Source of the DNA: Sphyrna mokarran
Lineage: Eukaryota
Reading direction: 5' to 3'
Assembly (NCBI GenBank): GCA_024679065.1
Contig: JAGIQG010000020.1
Location: 8,866,001-8,930,000, forward strand
Length of the DNA: 64,000 bases
Below, one piece after another: positions 35,651 through 49,516 of the stretch. The notes beneath the pieces are model-generated. The model searched no databases. It saw only the letters and a program-made list of their open reading frames with translations, and was not told the DNA's origin. Numbering within the stretch: the first letter of the stretch is position 1; each line of letters opens with the position of its first letter. Made by a program: the position numbers and the translations under genes.

Positions 35651-35992
35651 TGGCCAGATTCAGCTTGGTTCCTCTTCCGAAGGTGTATGTTCCGCTACTA
35701 GCTACACCACAGTAATAATTGGCGGCGTCCTCCGATTGAACGTTGGTGATGGTTAAATGCATCTTGTTACTCGATGAATCCACTGACCCGGCGAATCGAT
35801 CTGGAATACCCGAAGCCGTATCAGAAAACTCGTCCCAAACAAGCACAGGGGCGCTGCGGGGTTTCTGCCAGTACCAGCTCGCTGTGTAACTGCCAATGCT
35901 GCCTCCGGATAGGGTACAGGTGATCTTGACAGTCTTTCCCGGGGAAGTTGAAATGGATCCTGGCTGGGTCAGGGCAATATCTCCGATGGTAC
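35651..35992 (-). CDS. IGLV: Ig light chain cluster 2, germline-joined VJ exon; CDR3 GVASSGTYT
   Basis: 342-nt open exon DIALTQPGS...NYYCGVASSGTYTFGRGTKLNLA with canonical splice sites and no RSS. Confidence 0.96.
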
Positions 35993-36126
35993 CTGGTGAA
36001 ATAAGAATTGACCTATCAGGCTCTACAATTGTGAATATTGTTTGCAATTCAGCTCCGTTAAAGCCAACCATAGACAATAAGTGCAGTAAAAATAGCAACA
36101 AGAGAGAGAGTTAACGCAACACTTAC

Positions 36127-36169
36127 TGTGGAAACAGAGCATTAATGCGACAAGAACTCGAACAGTCAT
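36127..36169 (-). CDS. IGL: Ig light chain cluster 2, leader exon
   Basis: Same 43-nt leader MTVRVLVALMLCFH; donor A|GTAAGT. Confidence 0.93.
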
Positions 36170-36230
36170 GGTGAAGGTCCTAGTGAGGGTCAGACTGAAA
36201 TACTTCTTGACACAGGATGTTGCTGGACTT

Positions 36231-36351
36231 CTTATAAAGCTCTCCTTCAGAAGTTTCAACCTTGACAACGTCATTGAATATTAAATATGTATGCAAAACC
36301 CCGTCAAGTGGGCAATAGGATTTCTTGCCCTGAGTTGACTGCCATTTGCAT
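36231..36351 (-). promoter_or_regulatory. Cluster 2 promoter: TATAAG, imperfect proximal octamer, perfect distal octamer
   Basis: TATAAG at 36231-36236; TTTTGCAT (7/8 match) at 36291-36298; ATGCAAAT at 36344-36351. Confidence 0.8.
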
Positions 36352-39300
36352 AGGCTTATGTCAACTATTTTAGAGGAGGGATAACAAAATGTCAAAAAAT
36401 AGATTTCAAACCGTGAATAAATGAATACCAGACAAATGAAATGGCGGATAAAACATGAGTGACTGGGTGACCAGGGTAGGTGGGCTTTAGAAACGTGAGC
36501 AGGACGATAAAGCGGAAAAGCTGAAGGCAGTAAATTGATTTGTTACTATATCATTGTGCAGAAACTCGAATTCGAAAAGCAGAGTGCGAGTTGAGTTTGA
36601 GCAGAGCGAGAAATTAAAGAAATTGAGCAGTGTCCTTGTTGACAGCACATGACAGATAAATGAGCGGATGGACAGAGAGACAGAGCGATAGATAGATAGA
36701 GGGATGGACTGACGGGACGGAAAGAAAGAAAGAACAGACATGTCGGCAGAGGGGTAGAAAGACACATAGACAGACAGATAGGTATAGACAGAGAGAGTGA
36801 GATGGACAGACAGACAAAAAGGTAGACAGATAGAAAGAGAGAGAGAAGGTGAAGGGCAGACAGACAGTGAAGGATGGAAAATGCACTGGAATATTTGATG
36901 TTGATTGCACCTTGTGTTATTGGTGAACAGCCAGGCATGGAAAGCCTTGGTGAATTAAGTGCATTGAGAGAAATATGGACGATGAAATGAAGTTTTATTA
37001 ATCAGTCTGGGAGGGATACTTTCTGTCACACGAAACTGCGAATTTATTATGTCAACACTTTGAAGAATGAATGGTGAACGGTCAAATAAAGCAGACGTTC
37101 CTTAAAATTGTGATAGTTATCGAAGCTTCAAGATCAAGCATGGACTGCGGCCTGATCGTAGAAAATATTATACTAAATTCCATTTGTACCTAGTTTGAAA
37201 ATAGCGTCTAACATTCACAACAAATACATAAATATTCATAGAATCATAAAATCCCTGCAGAAGCCGGCCTTTCGGCATATCAAGCCTGCATCTACAACAA
37301 TCCTCCAGGTCCATAACCTCACCCATTTACTCCACCAATTCCTTGACAGGATAGGACAATTCAGCGTGGCCAATCCACTTAACCTGTATATCTCTTGATT
37401 GTGGAGGGAAACTGGAGCAACAGGAGGAATCCCATGTAGACACAGGAGATCTTCACACAGACAGTCACACAAGGCTGGATTTGAATCCGGCTCGCTGGAG
37501 CTGTGAGGCAGCAGCGCTAGAAATTGTGCCACTGTGTCACCCTTAAAAACTAACAATAAACTAATAATAGTTAGTGATGCGATAATCTTCTGATTTTCTC
37601 CAGATGAACGTCCGGCTGGGGACTGATTGATTTACTTAGCTGGGATACCTCGCGCGTGTATCAGACCAATGCTCTACGACGCTGGTTCAATTCCCGTTCT
37701 GGCTCCGGTGGACTCGGGACCTGCCATCTGCCCCTGCGCCTGAGAGTGAAGACAATGGCAAACTATCACTGACAAAACCTGCATGAAAACGGCTCAGACC
37801 AAAGCATCAGCAGACAGTGGGCCAAGGTCCTGCTTTCTGCAGACGCCATTTGGACAACTGAACAGGAGAGGTACCGGTGCATTAGGAAATAGCGAAATGT
37901 GCCAACCCTGTTCAGGAATAGGTGGAAGGAAATTTCTCATTTATATGGACGGGACAGTTGATAAATAAGGCTTCAGAAAGGCAGACATTCGAAGATAATT
38001 GAGTTTGTTGAAGTGAGGCAGCACGGGTTTGTGAAAAATCAAGTTGCTTTTGACTAACAAAATTACATTTTCTCAGTCAGCAGCAAAATGTTTGCTGAAG
38101 TAAATGCGTGCTGTTTATATAGATTTTAAGAAATCCTTTGGCAAAGTCCCACATAAAAGATTGTTTAACAACATTGATGATCATGGAATAGGAGGGTTAG
38201 TTTCACGTTCGACTTGTAATAAATGCCTTGACAGAAAAGAATAACTTGTACTCTTTTTTAAGAATGGGGGATGATAAATATTGGTATTTCCTAGCTGTCA
38301 GTGTTGAGAAAATTGGCCCGATATAAAACATCAAAGTACGGCAAACAGTGAGAATGATAACTATTCACTACAACAACGCATAGATAACATCAGGAATTCA
38401 CATAGTGAATGTAACAAGAGACAGATGAAATTTAATGCAGGTATTTGAGCTGGCGAATTTTGCCAGAGGGAATAGAGCGAGGGAATACATTTTTACGTTA
38501 ATTTCAGGAATGGGATGTGGACATCGTGGCCTCGGTCAGTATATATTCTTCAACCCTAATTAACCCTGAGAAGGGTATTTCTGTAGACATGATATACATT
38601 TGAATTCCAAAGTTCTAAATGCTGTGCAGGGCTAGGGGGCTGCGAGCATATTGAGAGATTCGTTGCTTTTTTTTTCATGGAATGTGAACATGAATGTCAA
38701 CGCCAGGATTTTTTGTCATAAGTTCACAAGAAAATAAGAACTGGGGACCAGGAATAAGCCATCTGGCTCCTCGGGCCTGCTCCGCCATTCAATAGGATCA
38801 TGGCTGATGTTTTCCGGACTCTATTCCACTTATCCGCTCACTCACCATCAACTATAATTCCTTTATGGTTTAAATTTTATCTGTCCTTACATTGAAGACA
38901 TTCATCCAGGCAGCTTTAACTGCTGCACTGGGCAGGGAATTTCACAGATTCAGACCCCTTTGGGTGAAGAAGTTCCGCCTCATCTCACTCCTAAATATTC
39001 TCCTCTGTATTTTGCGGTCATCTCCCTTAGTTCAAATGCCAGTGGAAACAACCTCCTTGCTTCTATTTTATCTATTCCTTTCATAGTCTTATATGTTTCT
39101 GTAAGATCTCTCCTCATTCTTCTGAATTCCAATAAGCAGAGTCCCAGGCTACTCAGTTTCTTCTCTCAACCTCTCAACTCCAAAATCAAACTCTTGAACC
39201 TCCACTGCACCCCCTCCAATGCCATTATATCTTATCTTAAGTAAGGAGACCAAAACTGTACACAGTCCTCCAGGTGTGGCTTCACAAGGACCTTATAGAG

Positions 39301-40006
39301 ATGCAGCATAACATCAATGTTTTTAAACTCCATGCCTTTAGCAATGAAGGACAAAATTCCATTTACCTTGTAATTACCTGCTGCACCCGCAAACCGACTT
39401 TTTGTGATTCATAAACAAGGACACCAGGTCCCTCTGCACAGCAGCCTGCTTCAAATTGTTGCCATTTAATTTATAGTCCATTTTGATGTTTTCCTATCAA
39501 AATGGATGACCTCATATTTACCAACATTCTACTCCATTTGCCAGAATCTTGCCCACTCACTAAGATTACCTATATCCCTTTGCAGATTTTCAGTGTCCTC
39601 TGCACACTTTGCGCTTCAATTCATCTTAGCGTCATATGCGAATTCTGGCGCACTGCAGTTGGTCCTCGTCTGAATAATTTGTAATAAATTGCTGTCCCAA
39701 CACTGATTCATGAGGCACCCCACTAGTCATTGATTGCGAAACAGAAAAACACCCATTTACCACGTCACCCCCCGCCCCCACCGCCGCCCCCACTTTGACT
39801 TCTGTTAGTTTATCAATCCTCTATCAATGCTAATACTTTACCCGTAACACCATTCAGTTTTATTCTACGCAGCAGCCTTTGGTGCGGCACCTTATCAAAT
39901 GCCTTCTGGATTTTTAAATTTTATTTATTATAGTTAGATGTATTAGCATACAGTGAAAGTGTTGATTTTGCGTGCTATACTGACATAGCGTTCCGTTCAT
40001 AGAGAA

Positions 40007-41469
40007 CATAGAACATTACAGCGCAGCACAGGCCCTTCGGCCCTCGATGTTGCGCCGACCAATGGAACCAATTTTATGACCCTCTATCCTAAACTATTCC
40101 AACGCTATCCATGTGCCTATCCACTGACCATTTGAACGCCCTTAAACTTGACGAGTCCACAACTGCTGCAGGCAGGGCATTCCACGCCCTTACTGCCCTC
40201 TGAGTAAAGAACTCACCTCTAACATCCGTCCTACAACTACCAACTCTTAATTTAAAGCTATGTCCCCTCGTGTTATACATCTCCATCCGTGGAAGAAGGC
40301 TCTCAGTATCCACCCTATCTAACTCTCTGATCATCTTATATGATTCAGTTAAGTCACCTCTAAGCCTTCTTCACTCTAATGATAATAACCTCAAGTCCTT
40401 TAGCCTTTCCTCATAAGACCTACCCATCATACCAGGCAACATCCTGGTAAACCTCCTCCGCACCTTTTCCAATACCTCCACACCCTCTTATAATGTGGCG
40501 ACCAAAACTGTACACAATACTCCAAGAGCGGCCGCACCAGAGTTTTGTCCAGTTGCAACATGACATCTTGGCTCCGAAATTCAATCCCTCTACCAATAAA
40601 TGCTAACACACTATACGCCTTCTTAACAAGCTTATCAACTTGAGTACCAACTTTCACGGATCTATGCACCTGTACACCGAGATCTCTCTGCTCATCTACA
40701 CTACTAAAAGTCCTACCATTAGCCCTATATTCTGCACACTTATTACTCTTACCAAAGTGAATCACCTCACACTTTTCCACATTAAACTCCATTTGCCACT
40801 TCTCGGCCCAGCTCTGCAACTTATCTATGTCCCTCTGCAAACTGTAACCTCCATCCTCACTGTCTACAACTCCTCCGACTTTGGTGTCGTCAGCAAATTT
40901 ACTAACCCATCCCTCTACACCCTCATCCAAGTCATTTATAAAAAGAACAAACAACAGTGGCCCCAAAACAGATCCCTGAGGTACACCACTAGTAACTAAA
41001 CTCCAAGTTGAATATATCCTATCAACCACCACCCTCTATCTTCTATCAGCTGGCCAATTCCTAATCCAATTTGCTAAATCACCCTCACTCCCATGCATCT
41101 GCATTTTCTGCAGTAGTCTTCCATGGGAAACCTTATCAAATGCTTTGCTAAAATCCATATACACCACATCAACTGCCCTACCCTTATCCACCTCTTTAGT
41201 CACCTTCTCAAAAAACTCGATGAGGTTTGTGAGGCACGACCTTCCCTTCACAAACCCATGTTGACTATCCCTCATCAATTCATTTCTTTCTAAATGACTA
41301 TAAATCCTATCCCTTATAATTCTTTCCAAAACTTTCCCCACAACAGATGTAAGGCTCACTGGCCTATAATTTTCAGGATGGTCTCTGTTTCCCTTCTTAA
41401 ACAAGGGGATAACATTTGCCATCCTCCAGTCTTCTGGCACTACACCTGTAACCAACGACGACATGAAAG
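40007..41469 (-). mobile_element. Young 5'-truncated CR1 LINE, unit-2-specific
   Basis: RT motifs NYRPVSLTSVVGKVLE, DFSKAFDKV, GVPQGSVLGPLLF and FADD with a stop/frameshifts; (TGTTCTA) tail; apparent TSD GAGAA (40002-40006 / 41470-41474); empty sites near 19850 and 61378. Confidence 0.93.
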
Positions 41470-43484
41470 GAGAAGGAAAGGAGATACTGCAGAATGTAAT
41501 ATTAGCCATAGATAATATAGAAAAAGATCAACTTAATGCAAGGTAGATCCATTCAAATGTCTAACGGCAGCACAGAAGAAGCTATTTTTGAGTCAGTTGT
41601 ACGTGACCTTAGATTTTTGTATCTTTTTGAAAACCCAGATACACTGCGTCCACAGGTCCCTCATTGTAATCTTCTCAAAGAATTTCAACAAATTAGTCAA
41701 ACGTGGCCTGCCACCCGCCCCCCACCCCCCCCACTCCCCGTTCATGAACCCAAGCTGTGTCTTCCCAATGCATGTTAAACTAACCGGCCTGTACTATCCA
41801 CCTTCTGTCTACCTCCTTTACCACTAGTGCATTTGCTAATCCCCCCGCCATCTTTTAGTGCCCTGGGATGCATTCCATCAGCCCCAGGAGATTCGTCTAC
41901 TTTTAGCCTCAATAGTTCAACACTCTTTCTTCGGTGACAATCATAGTTTCTAAGTCCTCACCAGCCATTGCATTCTTGTCATTAATTTTTGGCATGTTAT
42001 TTCTCACTGCCCGGAAAACCATGTGGAACCTTTTAGTATACAAACAGATGCCTTGAGTATTAAATCAGGGGAGTGTGCTGAAGCTTTATATAGATTTGGT
42101 TTGGACAAAACTAACGTACTGCGTCCAGTTCTGGTCACCAATCTTCCGGGAGGGCATGAAGATCCTTAAGAGGGTGCAGAGGAGATTTGCCAGGAACGTT
42201 CTAGAAAATTTAGGTACAAGGTTAAGTGGGAGACCTGGAGCAGTTCAGTTGGAAAAAGGGGGAACTTGACGGAAGTGCACAAGGATTGGCAGTTTTCATA
42301 AGATGGAGACAGAAAAGAGGTACCAATTTTCTGATGGTACAATGAACAGCAGACTCAGATTTAGGGATTTGGGCAAAAGGTACAGGGAATGTCTGAGGAA
42401 GACTTTTTTGTGATATGAACAGAGACTATCATTGATTTCAAAAGAAAATAAAATATGCACCTCATGGAAACACTCTTGCAGGGTTACGGAATAGAATGAG
42501 GGAATGCGAGTGGCTGTATTGCTCATTCGGAATCCGGATAGACTGCATGGGTCGAATAACCAAATCTGCTGTAATGATTGTATAACTATGATATTATAAT
42601 AGTTTATCACACAACCACTTGCGCCTATGAAGAATTGCGAGAAGTCACATTTTCATTCTCTGGTGGAAAGGCACAGAAAAGAACCAGAAATAATTGTACT
42701 TCCAGGCCTGACCGGTCTGGTCACGGATAGCATTTTGTTAATACAGTAATCGTGCAAGCATATAGTAGAGGGGGAGCCAATCTGATTACCTTCAGATGCC
42801 AATTCTAAGAAGTACCTGCAGAATTACGCTCACTGATCATAGCCTGATATAATTTCCATCTTGATGTATTTAGATAATATCCTGTTTCAGTTCTTATTGA
42901 ATCGTATTTCATCACTCAGTCTGCCATTGCAATGTAGATCTTAAAACCTTGCCTTGGATTACTACACCCGCCCCCTCCACGCCTTTCAGTTTCTATCAGA
43001 AATTACTTGAAATTTTTGGATTCGAGCTTTCTGCCTCTGGAAACAGTTTATTCCTATTTTCTCCATCAATTTCAGTCAAGAAGGTCTCAATCAAATCTCT
43101 GCTTAACCAGATCTGCTCCGAACAGAACATCCCAATTTTACCTAATCGCTTTGTTTTTCGCGCCTTCAAATGAATTAGTCGTCATGGCCCCCGTCTAAAT
43201 TAAATGTGCTCACAACATGAGGATATTGCATTCAGTTATTTTAATAATGCTTTAAAAAAACGGGTGTTCAGCTAAAAATACCAGTTTCTGCTCTTCAATG
43301 CCTGCCGTTGGAAACAGCAGACAACAGGACCATGGCGAAAGTAAACCAAGTAGAGAGAACCGCGTGGAGCGAGCAAACACAGGAGCATGGAGATAAAATA
43401 AGATTGGTGAGTGAACCGCAGCAGAGCCCAATCACAGGCGAAGCAGAACACAGCGGAAACACGAGACGAATCGAGAGAGAAGGT

Positions 43485-44791
43485 GAATCTATTTTCTAAC
43501 AACCAGGAAGGATTAGGGAAACAAAGTTACAAATACATTACAGAATGGCTTCATGTCACACGATCTGTAACCCCCATGACTTGCCTGGGTTAGCAAAAAA
43601 CCTCACTTATTGCGCTGGCTGGAGACAATACACATCTCTTTAACTTGTGCTCAGTGCTCCTTCCACTCACATTGTTAGCCACTTTAAGACTTGAATAGCA
43701 GGTCAGGTGGAAAGATTCGCATTCTAATCAGTAATCTGTAAAGAATCTGTGCTGTTGAGTGTGCTGTTTGAGACCAGAACACCTCATTAAGCAGAGCGAC
43801 TCTGCGATGTTCCCTGACCTGCTTACTCTTGAAAAGTGTGTCCTGGGCCGTTGCCCATCTGGAAAGATGGGCCAGTGATGGACACCGGGCGGAAGCTCTC
43901 TGCTTGCCCTTGGGCATTAAGTTTTTGGCGTTAGGCCAAACCAAAGCAACAAGAAATGGTAGCTGAGGGCAGTATAGGAAATATCAATGTTTTATGTGAA
44001 TAATTGTGGTGCATTTGAAGACCAATGTCAGGAAGTTAACGTTTTGATTAAATGTGATATAATGAAAGGCAGATGTTCCGTTTATTGATGAGATGTCGAT
44101 TAAGAGATTCCTATCACGTCTGCGCACCAAGAATATGTGGTGCAACACTGCCACCTACTGGTGCAATAACGTATGACACAAAGGTTATATAACCACCTAT
44201 TGGCGCAATATTATGTGACACAGAGGTGATATGACCTCTTGGAATCACCCCATTCGAAGTAAATCACTTGCTGCTTTTTTTGAATATATGACTTCAAAAT
44301 TGAGGTCTATCTGCAGAGGCCTAAAACCATATCTGACCAACGAACAATCTGCCCGAATGTAATCATCTGGCAGGCATAAATCGGTCATTTTCTGATTGTA
44401 AGAAGTCTGGCAACATCAGGCTTAAATCCAATCGATTTATTTGATAGTAAACTCACAAGCTTTCGACCCTCTGGTCTTCGTCAACTTAATGAGGTGCTTC
44501 GGTCTCAAACAGCACACAAAACAGCACAAACTGTTCACAGATTACTGATTAGAATACTAATCTTTACACCTAACCAGCTATTTAAGTCTTAAAGTGGCTA
44601 ACAATGTGAGTGGAAGGAGCACTGAGCACAAGTTAAGGAGATGTGTATTGTCTCCAGACAGCACAATAAGCGAGGTTTTTTGCTAACCCAGGCAAGTTAT
44701 GGGGGTAACAGATCGTGTGACATGAAGCCATTCTATAATGTATTTGTAATTTTGTTTCCCTAATACTTCCTGGCCGTTAGAAAATAGATTC
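43485..44791. repeat. Paralogous long inverted repeat in unit 2: arms 43485-43791 and 44485-44791
   Basis: Same arms and spacer as in unit 1. Confidence 0.9.
44148..44161 (-). promoter_or_regulatory. Candidate CTCF site (unit 2)
   Basis: Identical motif at the orthologous position. Confidence 0.6.
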
Positions 44792-47700
44792 TGTCCCTCA
44801 CCGGGTTGGGATATCTCCAATTGCCAGCGCTGTAAGATTATTCTTAACCTGTCTTTAATGTTTTACATTATATAATTACACATAGAAACCATTTAATGTA
44901 TATACACCAATTCCTCGCGAACAGGATAGCTGCCGACGCCAGAAATATTTTAATGGCACGGTTGAGAGGGTATGGAAATGCTAAATGAAAATCAATTGCA
45001 AAAAATGTGAGTGAATGCATTTGTGGAGAATAAACAAGGGAATATCAAACAGTTGGAATATATTGAGGGGTTGAGGGATGAGTGGTCTTGAAGCACATGT
45101 CCATAGGTTCTTAAACGTGCCAGAATCGGTGGACATGCTGATCAAGAAAGCATGTGGAACGTTACCCATTATTGGTGAAAGTATTCAGTACAAAATAGGG
45201 GTGAAATGATGGAACTGTATCAAATGCTGGTTTGGCCACAGTTTGAATCATTTTTCACTGCTCTGACCACGACGTTGCTGGAAAAGCAATTGTTTTGAAG
45301 ACACTTCAGAGAAAATATGAAGTAATGTTGCCAAGTGGGGAAAATTGCAGCTATGAGGACAGATTGCATTGGCGTGACTTGTTTTTTTTTAGAACAGATG
45401 AGGATAAAGGGTGAACTAATTGAGGCATACAAAATTATGACGGAACGTTACTGTTTAGACAGGAAATATCTGATTCCCTTAGCTGATCAATTACCAGAGC
45501 CATAGATTTATGCTGAATGGGAGAAAGATGACAGGGGACAAGCGGAATATGCCTTTCACTCAAAAGGTCATGGGTTACTAGAACTCGCTGTCCATTTTTG
45601 TGGTTGAGGCAGAAATGATCAACTCATTTTAAAAGTACCTGAACCTGCGTCTCAAGTGTTGTAACCTGCAGGGCCACAGACCATTGAGAAAATCTCAATG
45701 AGCGGCTCGTAACTTTTTTCTCTTTACTCTGGTGCAGATACGATGGGCTGAAAGGCCTATTTCTGCAGTGTTACCTTTTCTATGATTCTGTGGGCAAAAC
45801 ATAGGAGAAGTCTGCCGATTGCAAAATGTGTCCTTGAAATCAGTCCGGAAAGATAAAAGCAAAACAATACGGATGTTGGAAGCTCAAAAAAAAATCTCTG
45901 GGAAATCTCAGCACACCCTGAAGCATCTGTGGAGCGGGAATAGAACTGATGTTTCCATTCAGGATGACACTTCATCAGAGCTGAAGGCAAGGAAAATCTG
46001 ACCAGACTTTTAGTATGACGGCGAGGGGTAGGGGAGGGGAGAGAGAATGTGGAAAATAAAATAAGAATATAAAATGATAAAGAAAAGAAGAAATGATATA
46101 ATCTAAAGGGAGATGGAATGTAGGTGGAGGGAAGAATTTATGTTCTGAAGTTATTGAACACAATGTTCAATCTAGAAAGTTGTAAAGAGTTTGATCAGAA
46201 AATGAGTTGTTGTTCCTCCAGCTTATGGGGAATCGCAAAAAGCCAAGGAAAGTTAAATGGAGAATAGGGCCATATGTTTTTTTTTATTTATCTGTGAGTA
46301 TGGGTGGCGCTAGCTGGCTAGCATTTATTGTCCTGCCGCAGTTGCCCTTGAGAAAGTGGTGGTGAGCCGCCTTCTTGAATTGCTGCGGTCCGTGTGTGTG
46401 GAGTGAAATGGTAAACAAGAGCAATATCAAATACTGGAAACATATTGAGGGGCTGTTTATGGATCGACGGAAGTTGTTCTGAAAACCGTCTATGCTTGGT
46501 CTTTCCAATGTGGAGTTGATCGTATTGGGAGAAGCGAATGAAATAGATTTAAGGGAGTGCACGTGAAGCGTGGTTTCACCAGACCGGAGTGTTTGGGCAC
46601 TGAGATGGTGACCAGGGAGGAAGTGAAAAGGCAGATGTTGCACCTTCTACACACGAAGCTGCCATTGATGATGGATGAAGTGTTGCGTGCGACGGATGAG
46701 TGCACCAAGATGTCCCGAACAAAATGGTCCCAGGGTGGGGCTGTCGTCTGTGCAGACTAGATGGATCCAGTGGTCGCCTTCAGCACTGTAGGGATTCTGT
46801 AATTTCAAAAAGTTCAATGAAATAAAGGAAAGTTTTTGCAGTTGACATGCGCATAGATTACTACTCATCTCCGATAGATTGATATGAACTTTACGTATTA
46901 TGAATGCAAATACATTATTGCGAACCTAATGTTACTGTGGAAGAAACTAGCTCCGCAAAATGCAAAGCATTTCAATTACCCAATTAAAATCGTTTTATTA
47001 TTAAACAAAAACAGCTTATTAGACTTCGAGCAATAAGACTTGGAACAACCTGGTATATCTAGGGCTGGAATAGAGACACAAGGAGTGCAGTTGACTGGAT
47101 TCTCCAAATGCAGCAAGGTCAAAATCGAGATCAACGCTTCTCAATCCAGTGTCAGGATGAAAATATAGAGTGCTTGATTTTAGGTGAAGGCGTTGTTTCT
47201 CCACGCTCCCAACGCCTCCCACCCACGCCACAACTCTCCACCCCCCACCCCCCCACCCCCCTCCACAACACACGCACCCTTCCCCATTGCACCGGGTTCC
47301 CCGGCTCATTAAGTCTGCAGCGACAATGCTAGCAGTAGCCTGCATTGTTCCAGAGTGAGTCCTCCGCCCTCCCTCGGAGGGCTAATCTGATTAGCTGACA
47401 TCTCCATCAGCTCTGAAGTACCAAGAACGAACACTGCTGTGAGCTCTTTCCTCAGGAACAACAGTCGTGTGAACTCAGAATTCGGCCCTATATTTGGGAC
47501 AGTCCAGCTGGGACACCCTAGCGCAGTAAAGACTGACCTCGCCTTCCTGCTTTGCATTTGAAATCGTGGTGGAAAGGGAATAAGGCTCTTACGTTGCTAA
47601 TGAATGTCCTGTTAAGGGCTTCAATAGACCAAAGCGAGGAGGGAACGTCAGGCTGACTGACACCCGCGCAAACTCCGCACAGATAGTAACCCAAGCTGGG

Positions 47701-48990
47701 AATCGAACTCCGGGCTCTAGCGCTGTGAGGCAGCTGCGCTAACCGCTGTGTGACCGTGCTGCCCTAATTATGAACTAGGGATTGTGATCGAGCAAAGGGA
47801 TTTTTGTGTTTGTTCTTGATATGGCAGCGTCCCGGGCAAGACTAGCATTTAATGAATAATCTTTTCAAAAGACAATGATTAGCTGCTTCTTGTTGACCCT
47901 CTTAACTCCATGCCTTTTAGATACACCACAGTAAAGTTGGGAAGGAATTTTTCTGGAATTAACCAACAAGGAAAAATAAGCAGTGATTATAATTAAGGTG
48001 CGTTATTTGCATTATGGTAATGTTCCGAATGGGTTGTTTCCCTTTTGCACGTTTGGAAGCTGCAGTCGAAAGAAACGAGGCCACTTGTTGCTATACATTT
48101 TGGAGCACTTACATATTTCTGTCACTTCGTGCTGGCATTGGAGAATGTGAATATTCAAGGGCATTGATCGCGACCCAAACCAGCAAACTGCTTTATTCTG
48201 AATAACATCGAGATTCTTGATTGTTTCTGGAGTTGCATTGAACCAGGCAAGTAGAGGGTATGCTGTCATAATTCTGACTGATGACCATAAAAACATTGTC
48301 GATTGTCATAAAACTCCATCTGGTTCACTAATATCTTTTCGGGAAGGGAATCAGCTCCCACAGCAAGATCTCAATGAAAGTCCTCAGCAATGGAAATATG
48401 ACATAAACCTTCAATTTCAAAACTGGAGTCAAGCAGACGTGTATCATCACCCCCATCCTTTTCTCCATCACCACCATCGGTCACCTTGTCAAAAAAACAA
48501 GCTTTCCAGTGAAATTGACATAATCTCCAAGAAGGATGGAAATTTTGCAACCCCAACCGGTTGAAATTGAAGAAGAGAATGATGCTGACATTGTTTGTGG
48601 AACATCAGTGTGCGGATGAAATCACCATCTCTTCTCCACCTTCAGGCATTTAATGATAAGTGGGATTGATAACTAGGACATCTGTGCTGATACTATGATC
48701 CTCATGTACAAAGCAGTCATCTTCACAACTCTTCTGTGGCTCAGATTTCTGGACTACACAAATGTGCCACCTCAAGACCTTTGACTGGTACCATCAATGA
48801 TGTCTGAGATGAACGCTCCAAATCAACTGTAAAGACAGACATACTAACATCAGCGTCCTTGAACGAGCTAAGTGCATCAGCATCAAGGCCATGATCATCT
48901 GAATCCAACTCCACTCAGATGACCACGTGCTCAGCATGCCAGAGTCCTGATGGCCAAAGCAAATTTATTCTAGCGAGCTTAAGAAATGCA

Positions 48991-49516
48991 AACAAAGACA
49001 AAGAGCAACACAGCACGTGAAACAGGCCCTTCGGCCCAACGAGCCCACGCCGCCGTCCTAACGTCCTAATGACATATCCTTGTCTTTAGGCTATGCCTAT
49101 TGTTGAAGATTCCCATATAGGGACCAATATAGGGACAATTTGTTACCCAATCAGCCTAAGAGCACATTTTTAGGATGTGGGAGGAAACCGGAGCACCCGG
49201 AGGAAACCCACGCAACCACGGGGAGAACGCGCAAACTCCCGCAGACACAGGCCCAAATCCATGTGTCAGCACAGCAACAGCGATAGTCTCTGAGCTGTCA
49301 TGTCGCCCATCAGATGGTCCAGTTTAAGCATACACTGACGACGTGAAGCACTAGGCAACTCCTAAAGCAACCTCCAAGAGCAGCACGACATGCCGCATGC
49401 ATGCCCCTTGTTGGTCAACAAGGTGGACCGAATTGCCTGCGGAAACAAATAAGACTTAAATAAACATGCTAAAAAAAACTAAGACATTCCCGAGACGAAA
49501 CTAAAAGATAGTTTCT
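48991..49516 (-). mobile_element. Second, more truncated copy of the same chimeric element, inserted in the RTE fragment of unit 3
   Basis: Collinear with about 20715-21180; flanked by TGCA duplication (48987-48990 / 49517-49520); empty site AAGAAATGCACTTGAGC near 28162. Confidence 0.8.

Noticed and set aside
35708-35714. Cryptic RSS heptamer (TACTGTG) at the end of V2 FR3, and CACAGTG at 10383-10389 and about 14132
   Set aside because: No nonamer at 12- or 23-bp spacing for the V2 and C-exon sites, which arise from codons. The V2 and 14132 sites are not conserved among clusters.
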